DNA of 64,000 nt, taken from assembly GCA_963663275.1 (NCBI GenBank), contig OY760183.1, positions 192,001 through 256,000 on the forward strand, read 5' to 3'. Positions within the stretch are counted from its first letter, which is position 1; each line of letters begins with the position of its first letter. This stretch comes from Chloroflexota bacterium (GTDB taxonomy: Bacteria > Chloroflexota > UBA11872 > VXOZ01). The notes beneath the pieces were generated by a model, which did not search any database, was not told the DNA's origin, and saw nothing but the letters and a program-made list of their open reading frames with translations. A program made the translations under genes and the position numbers. Below, piece after piece: positions 29,047 to 37,087 of the stretch.

Positions 29047-30178
29047 GAAATCTCTCTAGGTGCGCGACTATGGACCTGCCAACCGCCTCGCCAAGCTTCA
29101 CGGGAACCGCATTGCCGATCAGCCGCGCCACTGAGGTGATCTGCACGGATTCTCCTGTTGGGACGAACGAGTAATCTCTTGGAAACGTCTGTAGCAGAGC
29201 GCCCTCGCGCAAGGATATAGCGCGGTCCTGGACCGGGTGGCCAAATCGCCCGTTGCCGTAGCCGTGGAACTGGGTGGTGATGGTTGGAGCAGGCCGGTCC
29301 CACTCCATGCGACCGTAGACGCTGGGATAGGTCTTGCCGGATTGCTTGACATGGCAGTCGGCGCGGAGGTCTTGACCGGATGCTGAATCCGCCCAATCCC
29401 GCCAGGTTCCGCCGGGCTTGGAATGCTGGACGCGCGCCAAGTTCGCAGCGGATAGTCCACTTGACTTGTGCAATGGGTCTAATGGGGACGCCTGCCCTGC
29501 TTCGATGTGCGGCAAATGCTGGATCGCATCCCTTACGGTCACGGAGTCACTATCGGCATGTGTCGGCGGGATCATTTGGATAGGGCCGAGCCTGGAGGCT
29601 AGCAACACCAAGCGCCTTCTCGATTGGGGTACACCGTAGTCGGCACAGTGAACTACAGAATAGTCGCAATAGTAGCCAGCGTTGCGCAAAGCGGCTTGGA
29701 ATTCATCGAAGACGGCATATCCCCGCAAGCGTGGGACATTCTCCATGGTGACGATCTCCGGCTGTAGCGCGGTGACCATTTCGCCAAACTTGGGTAGCAA
29801 TTGCCACTGGGCATCGCGTTCGAATCTGCGATTGGAGTAAGACGAAAACGGCTGACAGGGAGCGCAGCCCGCGAGAATCCTGATGACATTCGCCGGAAAC
29901 AGCGACTCGACGAATCGCGGCGATAGCGCGGCCACATCTTTCTCATAGAATGCAGCTTCGACATTTGCTTCGAACGGGTGTTTGCAAGCGGGGTCGATGT
30001 CGATCCCGGCGCGGATCGTGATGCCAGCGTGCTTCATGCCGTAGGAAAGCCCACCGGCGCCGCAAAAGAGGTCTACGGCAACTGGCTGTGAAGTTGGCTG
30101 CGTCTTGTCGATGGGGGCTTCAAGCCACATATCTCCGCCGCCAGTTGCTACTTGCGGTCTTGGAACTGCCTTCACCAT
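29039..30178 (-). CDS. dcm: DNA (cytosine-5) methyltransferase (alternative start 30130)
   Basis: DLFCGAGG, GCAPCQPFS, MENV, YGVPQSRRR, IGNAVP. Confidence 0.93.
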   Translation of the reverse strand: MVKAVPRPQVATGGGDMWLEAPIDKTQPTSQPVAVDLFCGAGGLSYGMKHAGITIRAGIDIDPACKHPFEANVEAAFYEKDVAALSPRFVESLFPANVIRILAGCAPCQPFSSYSNRRFERDAQWQLLPKFGEMVTALQPEIVTMENVPRLRGYAVFDEFQAALRNAGYYCDYSVVHCADYGVPQSRRRLVLLASRLGPIQMIPPTHADSDSVTVRDAIQHLPHIEAGQASPLDPLHKSSGLSAANLARVQHSKPGGTWRDWADSASGQDLRADCHVKQSGKTYPSVYGRMEWDRPAPTITTQFHGYGNGRFGHPVQDRAISLREGALLQTFPRDYSFVPTGESVQITSVARLIGNAVPVKLGEAVGRSIVAHLERFHD

Positions 30179-30237
30179 AGCCGACTCTGTTCACTTTGAG
30201 CAACTTTGGCTTGGAATCCCCACCTGGCGCCGCGCGG

Positions 30238-30822
30238 GTGAAGGACGTCCTGTGGGGGATGCAGGTGGGGGTGACGGTGTTGGCGGTGGTTCTGGGCGCG
30301 ATCTTTGCCGCCTACAAGTGGCAGGTCTTCCGCGAATCCGAGCCGCACCTGACGATCACCCACGAGGTATCCCACCGGCCCGTCGGCGCAAGCTACGTCC
30401 ACATCGCCGTGACCGCGGTTCTGCACAATAGTTCAAAGGTCAAAATGGAATTTCGCGAAGCGTTTTTTCTCATGCAGAAGATCTCCCCGGTGTCGGACGA
30501 GGAAATTGAAGCACTGTACGCTGAGTACGCTCAGGCATTTGAGCAAGGGGAGTACAAGAACATGCAGTGGGATACGCTTGACAAGATTCCCATCACCTGG
30601 GATGAAGACGTAGTGATCGTGGAACCGGGTGAAATGCATCAAGAAACGTGCGAGTTCATCGTGCCGAAGGACGTTAAGTCGGCTATCATATACTCATATT
30701 TCTATAACTCTCGGGTGCCGCAGGTTCCTCAAGGATGGGGCGCGACTACAGTCCACGACATAGCGGCCCGTGATTGCGGGAGTGTCGATGTGGAAGGAGA
30801 TTGCAATGCCAGCCAAGAATGA
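30238..30822 (+). CDS. Hypothetical protein with N-terminal TM anchor and beta-rich soluble domain; start uncertain (30196/30238/30259)
   Basis: VTVLAVVLGAIFAAY TM segment; open frame; its 3' end is re-copied downstream with mostly synonymous changes, which supports coding. Confidence 0.75.
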   Translation: MKDVLWGMQVGVTVLAVVLGAIFAAYKWQVFRESEPHLTITHEVSHRPVGASYVHIAVTAVLHNSSKVKMEFREAFFLMQKISPVSDEEIEALYAEYAQAFEQGEYKNMQWDTLDKIPITWDEDVVIVEPGEMHQETCEFIVPKDVKSAIIYSYFYNSRVPQVPQGWGATTVHDIAARDCGSVDVEGDCNASQE

Positions 30823-30964
30823 GAAGAAAAGAGGAGATGTCGCCATAAAAGGAGGCGGGCCGAGGCAGAGTCCTCCCAAACGTGAGCCCCCGGTCAAACC
30901 ACCAGGAGCGAGCAAGCCTAAACCCGCGTCCAATCCACCGCAGCAATCCAAGCCGGCCAAGTGA
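30806..30964 (+). CDS. Pro/Lys-rich peptide P1 (52 aa)
   Basis: AAGGAG SD; MPAKNEKKRGDVAIKGGGPRQSPPKREPPVKPPGASKPKPASNPPQQSKPAK. Confidence 0.75.
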   Translation: MPAKNEKKRGDVAIKGGGPRQSPPKREPPVKPPGASKPKPASNPPQQSKPAK

Positions 30965-31000
30965 GCGCCGCCGGGCGGCACGGCGGTTGAACCTTGATCG

Positions 31001-31111
31001 ATGCCGTTGGCGTCCAGGCAGGTAGTCGCCTACTACAATTCGAGAGTGCCGCAAGTTCCCCAGGGTTGGGGCGCGACCGCGATTCACGACATAGCTGACC
31101 ATGGTCAATGA
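31001..31111 (+). pseudogene. Orphan C-terminal fragment of the 30238-30822 gene
   Basis: MPLASRQVVAYYNSRVPQVPQGWGATAIHDIADHGQ; 19/21 aa identical to 30703-30765. Confidence 0.75.
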
Positions 31112-31135
31112 GCAGTAGTGTAAAGGAGGGTTACA

Positions 31136-31279
31136 ATGCCGGCAAGTTCCAAGGTGCAAAGAGAAAGTGTCGGGCCAAAAGGCGGCGGGCCCAAGAAGAG
31201 GCCGCCCAAAGTTCCTTCCAAGAAACCACCGGGAGCAACTCCGCCTAAGCCTCCCCAATCGTCGAAGCCATCCAAGTGA
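31136..31279 (+). CDS. Pro/Lys-rich peptide P2 (47 aa)
   Basis: AAGGAGG SD; MPASSKVQRESVGPKGGGPKKRPPKVPSKKPPGATPPKPPQSSKPSK. Confidence 0.75.
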   Translation: MPASSKVQRESVGPKGGGPKKRPPKVPSKKPPGATPPKPPQSSKPSK

Positions 31280-31338
31280 ACGCCAATCGAAGAGGCTGCT
31301 GGAACGAAGGACTCCAGCCGTTCCAATTGGAGAGCATG

Positions 31339-31701
31339 ATGCCGGAGGAAAGAGAAGCCAGCAAGAGCAGGCCGGTCAGGAGTGGAACGGGCCCAAGGGT
31401 TCGACTTGAACAGTTACCGCCTGAGAAACGCATAGCGGGCAAGAGCGGCACGGGTCCGAAAGAGAATCCGCCGCTGGTGAAGACTTCGCGCAAGCCGCCG
31501 GGCGGATTGGGGTTGACCAAAGCCTCGATAAGGTCGACTATGCCAGCCGACGAAGAGTGCACCAATAGAGTGGTCATCAAGAAGGGAACGGGGCCAAAGC
31601 AGAGGCCCCCTATGACTGCTTCCTCAGGTAAACCCCCGGGCGGCCCGCCTAAACCCAAACCCTCATCTCCACCTCACAAGCAACCGCAATCATCCAATTG
31701 A
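31339..31701 (+). CDS. Fused Pro/Lys-rich peptide units P3a + P3b (internal ATG at 31540)
   Basis: MPEEREASKSRPVRSGTGP...SGTGPKENPP...KPPGG, then MPADEECTNRVVIKKGTGPKQRPPMTASSGKPPGGPPKPKPSSPPHKQPQSSN. Confidence 0.65.
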   Translation: MPEEREASKSRPVRSGTGPRVRLEQLPPEKRIAGKSGTGPKENPPLVKTSRKPPGGLGLTKASIRSTMPADEECTNRVVIKKGTGPKQRPPMTASSGKPPGGPPKPKPSSPPHKQPQSSN

Positions 31702-31791
31702 AGGCAGGCAAGCCGCCGAAGGCCGGGGCGCGACGACCCTCCATGCTATTGTGGAAATGTAACCGCACAGTATGCGCTCATGGAGGTTGCA

Positions 31792-31950
31792 ATGCCAGAC
31801 AACGAGAAAGGCAATGAGACACAGGTCGTCATTAAAGGGACAGGACCAAGAACCGCGCCTCCCAAAGCCGATTCTTCCGGGAAACCCCCGCGAGCGAGCA
31901 GGCCTAAACCCGCGTCCAATCCACCGCAGCAATCCAAGCCGGCTAAGTGA
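31792..31950 (+). CDS. Pro/Lys-rich peptide P4 (52 aa)
   Basis: GGAGG SD; MPDNEKGNETQVVIKGTGPRTAPPKADSSGKPPRASRPKPASNPPQQSKPAK. Confidence 0.75.
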   Translation: MPDNEKGNETQVVIKGTGPRTAPPKADSSGKPPRASRPKPASNPPQQSKPAK

Positions 31951-32074
31951 GCGGCGCCAGGCGCGTTGCCTCAATCTACCTTGCCCCCATGCCTAAGGCT
32001 GGCGCTGGGGCTCCCCAGATAGTTCGCTAGCCGCCTCGGCTCAATAACCTAACCCCTGAGCACTGTCCTCGACA

Positions 32075-32857
32075 TTAAAGCTGCGGCACGCACACTTTGC
32101 CGCCGCGGGCCACGGGCAGGCCGGCGAAGGCGCAGCGGTTGCCCCACTGGTCGATGGCCGCTTTGGACTTGTATTCGTTGATGACCTTGTGGCGGGACGT
32201 GTGGCTGTAGTTATTGCCGGCGGTATGCAGCACCATCACGTGGATGAAGAGCACGTCGCCGGGCTTGGCGATCATCGGCACCGGGTCGTAGTCCGCCACC
32301 TTCTCGTCGGCTACGGTATGGCCGTGTGACGTCTCCCACTCGCCCATCAGGTGGCTGCCGGGCAGCACCGTGGTCGCGCCCGCGTCGACGTCATTGGCAT
32401 CCAGGTAGATGATGGCCGCCGCCAGTTCCGACTTACTGTGGCGCTCGTAGGGCCAGTCCTGGTGCCAGCCCTGTTCATTCGTGAAGCCCGGCGGATTGTT
32501 GCGCACCTTGCCGTTGTGGAAGTCGATGTCCGGGCCGAAGAGGTCGATGAAGACGTTCACTATGCGGGGGTCGGTAACGTTGTTGAACCAGTAATCGCTC
32601 GCCAACGGCTGGTCCATGATGCCCTGCACGTTCTTGGGGTTATAGGGGTCGATGGGATACCCCTCCGCCTGCTCCATGAAGGTGTATCTTATAGCCTCAG
32701 GACGGCCGTCCGTATTGGTGATGAGGTCATGGAACTCCCGCCGCATCTCCTCAATCTCAGCGGCGTTGTACAAGCCCTCCATCACGAGATACCCGTTATC
32801 GTCGAAGAACTGCTTCTGCTCCGGCGCCAAAGTCACCAGTTGCATAGTACTTGCCAT
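32075..32857 (-). CDS. Phytanoyl-CoA dioxygenase (PhyH) family Fe/2OG enzyme
   Basis: FFDDNGYLV, WHQD, VLPGSH, KPGDVLF...H. Confidence 0.88.
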   Translation of the reverse strand: MASTMQLVTLAPEQKQFFDDNGYLVMEGLYNAAEIEEMRREFHDLITNTDGRPEAIRYTFMEQAEGYPIDPYNPKNVQGIMDQPLASDYWFNNVTDPRIVNVFIDLFGPDIDFHNGKVRNNPPGFTNEQGWHQDWPYERHSKSELAAAIIYLDANDVDAGATTVLPGSHLMGEWETSHGHTVADEKVADYDPVPMIAKPGDVLFIHVMVLHTAGNNYSHTSRHKVINEYKSKAAIDQWGNRCAFAGLPVARGGKVCVPQL

Positions 32858-33187
32858 CGTTTCCTCTCCTAATTCTGCCGTGCTCGAATTCGTCGATGGT
32901 GAGCACACCTTGTTCGATTATACAACCTTCTGCGCGAGGCTGGCATGGGGGCGTTCGCACCCGCCTGCGGAGCCCGCGCGCATGGCCTTGCGGAGCGCCA
33001 CTTCAGGCCGATAGCGCCGGTTGCGCGGGAAAAACGCCATGCGGAAGACCACCTCCGCAAACCGTCTTGCGTTACTATGAACTTTAGACTATCGACTGTC
33101 AATAGTACAGTCGCGAATCGAGACAGAACAAGGCTGGATATAGTAGTCTGGGATTGGAGTTTCGCATCGAGCAACGGGAGTGTCCTC

Positions 33188-33430
33188 ATGGAGATCCTGG
33201 TCAGAGAGTACGCCGTATACGAGGACAAACGGGCTGAATTAGAAGCCGAATTCATGGGCAAGTGGGTCGTCATATGCGGTGACGACTTCCTGGAAGTGTA
33301 TGAAACCTTCCAGGTCGCCGCCGATCAAGCGGCGCAGAAGTTCGGCCGCGGCCCATACCTCATCGAGGAGATCGGCAGAGACCACGCGGCCCGGCTGCCT
33401 ACTTCCGTGATGTACGGCACGAGAGTATGA
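33188..33430 (+). CDS. Small DUF5678-like protein
   Basis: GKWVVI...FG...PYLIEEIG pattern; GGGAG SD; ATGA overlap with the protease. Confidence 0.6.
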   Translation: MEILVREYAVYEDKRAELEAEFMGKWVVICGDDFLEVYETFQVAADQAAQKFGRGPYLIEEIGRDHAARLPTSVMYGTRV

Positions 33431-33876
33431 GCGGTAAGAGCCTGGATCTTCTGCGCAACGGGCCCACCCTGCCCGTTCACATAGGGTTTCATCCCACGTA
33501 CCGGCTAGGCAGTAGCGCCATCGACGCCGATGTGCTAAGCGCGCTCTTCGAGCCATGCTCAGCGCTCATAGACACCGGCGCCTCCGTCAGTTGCATTGAC
33601 GACGATCTCGCCAGAGAGCTGGAACTGCCTGCCGTTGCGGTACGTACGATAGCCGGCGTCACCGGCGCGGCGACGTACTTCGAGTATTCCGCTCAGATTT
33701 TCGTTCCCGAGTTGGATAGGCTCGTCTATGGTGAGGTCGTTGGCGTCAACCTGGCCGAGATCGACCGCGAGTATCGCGTGTTGCTGGGGCGAGACTTCCT
33801 GCAGTATTGCAGAATGGTCTACGACGGCATCGCCGGTGAGGTCAGCTTGACCGACTATTCACTGCCTGCAAATTAG
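33427..33876 (+). CDS. Retropepsin-like (clan AA) aspartyl protease
   Basis: ALIDTGASVSCI, VLLGRDFL. Confidence 0.85.
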   Translation: MSGKSLDLLRNGPTLPVHIGFHPTYRLGSSAIDADVLSALFEPCSALIDTGASVSCIDDDLARELELPAVAVRTIAGVTGAATYFEYSAQIFVPELDRLVYGEVVGVNLAEIDREYRVLLGRDFLQYCRMVYDGIAGEVSLTDYSLPAN

Positions 33877-33914
33877 ACTCCACTCACGACCGAGCGACCG
33901 CTCTGAGACCGCTT

Positions 33915-34955
33915 TCACTCCTGAACCTCAACCCTCCCGCCGCCGTGGGAACTCTCATACACCGCCTCGCCGAAGGTGAGCGCCTTGTAGCTATCCCAGA
34001 GGTCGGGGCCGCCGGTTTCCAGGCCCAGGCAGCGGCGGGCGAAGTGGCGCACCTCGCCGGTGTAGCCGAAGTTTATCTGGCTCCGCGCTATGCTGTTCCA
34101 CGCGGGCTCCACGGTGTAGTTGTAGCGGCCCAGGTGCGGCTTCTCCTGCGTCCATTCCTCGTAGGGCTGGTACGTGACCTTCAGCATATCCTCGCAGACC
34201 ACGTGTTTTTCCAGGCCGATGAGTTCCAGGTTCTCGATGATGTCGCGGAACGCCACCTTGGAATCGAGCGTATTGATGTCCATCTGGCCGACCATGCCGT
34301 TCGTGAATTCCACGTTGATCAGATAGGCGAAATTCTGGGGGCCCACCTCGTGGTAGAGCGCGTTCACGGCTTTCACGTCGCCGCCATAGAAGCGCATCAG
34401 GTCGAAGATGTGCACGCATTGGCCGATGAGGAACGCCCGTTTGGCGGAGTCGATGCCCCAGATCTGCGGGTACTTGCCCTGCCCGAACTTGGTCTTGACC
34501 ACGTGCAGGTCGCCAAACTCCGGCCGGGAGACGATCTCCTTGGCGATGAGGTACACGTCGGCAAAGCGCTTCATGAAGCCCACCTGGCCCCACACACCGT
34601 TTGCCTCCGCCATTTCGGCCAGTTCCTTGGCTTCCGCCGAGGTATTGGCCGACGGCTTTTCCGTGTACACCGGCAGGCCGCGCTGCAGCACCACCGGCGC
34701 TAGCTGGTACTGCTGGGGCGCGGGGCCGATGGTGAACACGCCGTCAAGCTCTTCCGTGTCCAGCATCTTGTGCATGTCGGTGTAGACGCGGCGCGCGCCG
34801 AAGTTGCGGGCGTTGCGCTGCGCCTTCTCCTCTTCGATGTCGCACACGGCGACCAGGTCGATTTCGGGGATGAGTTGAATCTGGGGAAAGATCGAGGCGG
34901 TGGCAAAAGCGCCACAGCCGATGAAGGCAAGTCTGGCGCGGCGTTCGGTACTCAT
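33915..34955 (-). CDS. Gfo/Idh/MocA oxidoreductase (paralog 1)
   Basis: AFIGCG, VAVCD, YTEKPS, VGFMKRF. Confidence 0.9.
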   Translation of the reverse strand: MSTERRARLAFIGCGAFATASIFPQIQLIPEIDLVAVCDIEEEKAQRNARNFGARRVYTDMHKMLDTEELDGVFTIGPAPQQYQLAPVVLQRGLPVYTEKPSANTSAEAKELAEMAEANGVWGQVGFMKRFADVYLIAKEIVSRPEFGDLHVVKTKFGQGKYPQIWGIDSAKRAFLIGQCVHIFDLMRFYGGDVKAVNALYHEVGPQNFAYLINVEFTNGMVGQMDINTLDSKVAFRDIIENLELIGLEKHVVCEDMLKVTYQPYEEWTQEKPHLGRYNYTVEPAWNSIARSQINFGYTGEVRHFARRCLGLETGGPDLWDSYKALTFGEAVYESSHGGGRVEVQE

Positions 34956-35101
34956 GGGAAAATTCGCTCCTTGCGATGGGGGCGCGATGCAATTGCAATG
35001 CGGTGAAGCAGTCGCGGGCAGTCCAATCGCACCGGCAAGAGTATTACGGAGATTATATGCCCACGTGGCAGGCGCATCAAAGTACCGCCGGGCCTTGCCC
35101 C

Positions 35102-35278
35102 CAATGGTGTCGCATAAACGTAGCGCGGGGGCTTGTCCCCCGCCGGAACGAGAAAAATGAGAACGGGATGGATTTACCCTACGGAACACGCAGGTTATGC
35201 GCACCAGCCGTGCGAACCTGCGCTACCGGAGAAACGAGCGTAGTTTTCAATCTCATTGCGTTTAGCGCGACAACACTA
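35102..35278. mobile_element. MITE family C, degenerate copy
   Basis: CAATGGTGTCGCATAAAC...GCGACAACACTAG; interior matches 20423-20735. Confidence 0.75.
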
Positions 35279-35400
35279 GGTCTTGTCCCCCGCCTCTTGC
35301 GCGGATCAAGACCGGCGTGCCCAGCGCGCGGCAAAGCAAGCCGGATTCCGCAATGCTGAGAAATCAACTGCGCGGCAAACGCTGTGTCCGGCGCCGGCGC

Positions 35401-36441
35401 CTATTGTTCCACCAGCACCCGGCCCCCGCCGTGTGAGCTCCGGTAGACCGCTTCCCCGAACGTGAGCGCCTTGTAGCTATCCCAGAGGTCGGGGCCGGTG
35501 TTCACCTCGCCCAGGCAACGGCGGGCGAAATGCTCCACCTCGCCGGTGTAGCCGAAGTTGCGCTTGCTGATCGACAGGCCGGTCCACGAGGGCTCCAGGG
35601 TGAAGTTGTACCGGCCCAGGCGCGGCGCTTCATCCGTCCACGCTTCCTGGGGCTGGTATTTGACCTTCATCATGTCCTCGCAGACCAGGTGGGTCTCCAT
35701 GCCGATGAGTTCCAGCGTCTCGATGATGTCGCGGGTGCCCACCTTGGAATCGAGCGTATTGATGTCCATGTGGCCGACGCTGCCGTTCACGAACTCCAGA
35801 TTGATGAGATAGGAGAAGTTTTGCGGGCCGACCTCATAGTAGAGCGCATTCACGGCGCGCACGTCGCCGCCGAAGAAACGCACCAGGTCGAAGATGTGCA
35901 CGCACTGGCCGATGAGAAAAGCGCGCTTGGCGGAGTCGATGCCCCAGATTTGCGGATACTTGCCCTGGCCGAACTTGACCTTGAGCACGTGCAGGCCGCC
36001 AAATTCTGGACGGGCGATAACTTCCTTGGCAATTCGATAGACGTCGGCGAAGCGCTTCATGAAGCCCACCTGGCCCCACGTGCCGTTGGCCTCGGCCAAT
36101 TCGGCCAGTTCCTTGGCCTCCGCCGAGGTATTGGCCGACGGCTTCTCCACGTACACCGGCAAGCCGCGCCGGAGTACCACCGGCGCAAGCCGGTACTGCT
36201 GCGGCGCCGGTCCGATGGTGAACACACCATCGAGTTCCTCCGTATCGAGCATCTTCTCCATGTCGGTGTACACGCGGCGCGCGCCGAAGTTGCGGGCGTT
36301 GCGCTGCGCTTTGTCTTCGTCGAGGTCGCACACGGCGACGAGTTCGATCTCGGGGATGAGCTGAATCTGCGGAAAGATCGAGGCCGTGGCAAAGGAGCCA
36401 CAACCGATGAAGGCAAGTCTGGCTTGACGCGCGGTGCTCAT
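35401..36441 (-). CDS. Gfo/Idh/MocA oxidoreductase (paralog 2, tandem duplicate)
   Basis: Colinear with and highly similar to 33915-34955. Confidence 0.9.
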   Translation of the reverse strand: MSTARQARLAFIGCGSFATASIFPQIQLIPEIELVAVCDLDEDKAQRNARNFGARRVYTDMEKMLDTEELDGVFTIGPAPQQYRLAPVVLRRGLPVYVEKPSANTSAEAKELAELAEANGTWGQVGFMKRFADVYRIAKEVIARPEFGGLHVLKVKFGQGKYPQIWGIDSAKRAFLIGQCVHIFDLVRFFGGDVRAVNALYYEVGPQNFSYLINLEFVNGSVGHMDINTLDSKVGTRDIIETLELIGMETHLVCEDMMKVKYQPQEAWTDEAPRLGRYNFTLEPSWTGLSISKRNFGYTGEVEHFARRCLGEVNTGPDLWDSYKALTFGEAVYRSSHGGGRVLVEQ

Positions 36442-36597
36442 GGGGTAATCGCTCCATCAGGTGAGGCCGGGGCGCAGCCAATTCGCGGTGAGATGCATGC
36501 TGACTGGCATTCCACGACCGGGAAGGGTACTACGGCAATTATATTCTCACGGCGCGGGCGCATCAATGCTGAGCGATTTTGGCATGATCCCCATTAG

Positions 36598-36928
36598 GAG
36601 ACCTTTTCATAGCCCCTTCCCTCTCGATGGCTGACTGGGGTATGTATTCTACAGTCGACTTCACGTGTCATTCCGAACGGAGCGCAGCGGAGAGAGGAAT
36701 CTAAGGCGCCACTCCGCAAAATCAGCAACTCTAGATTCCGCGAACCCTGTTCGACGCTCCACTCGGAATGACATTTACATACCCTTGTCAGCCCCTCAAT
36801 GGGGAAGGTTGGGATGGGGGTGAAATGGCTTGACTTGATGCTATCTTTAGTTGCAACAGCGCCCTGTGTTCTGCGCCCCCGCGCAGGGGCGGGCTTTCGC
36901 AGGAAAGACGGAGTCATGTAAGAGTTTC
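36598..36928. mobile_element. MITE B with nested MITE A (36631-36791)
   Basis: Degenerate GAGACCTTTTCATA...AGAGTTTC ends; CTGACTGGGG...CTTGTCAG insert. Confidence 0.75.
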
Positions 36929-37087
36929 CTCAGGGGCAGGCAGCCAGCGCGTTGACCCGTAGCGGGTATACTTTGTACTAGAATACCTCTAACGTGCAGC
37001 GCCTGACACCGGCGCGGTGGGCGCTTTCATCCATCGCGGAAAGACCGGAGAGCGTGAGAACGCAAAGCAGTAGCAGAGGAGCACCCC

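Noticed and set aside
30703-31096. DGR template/variable repeat pair
   Set aside because: Differences are mostly synonymous third-position changes, not adenine-specific, and there is no reverse transcriptase in the window.
32075-32857. PhyH dioxygenase as the modifying enzyme (prolyl hydroxylase) for the peptide array
   Set aside because: It is convergent, has host-like composition and is one of several PhyH genes; only adjacency links it to the array.
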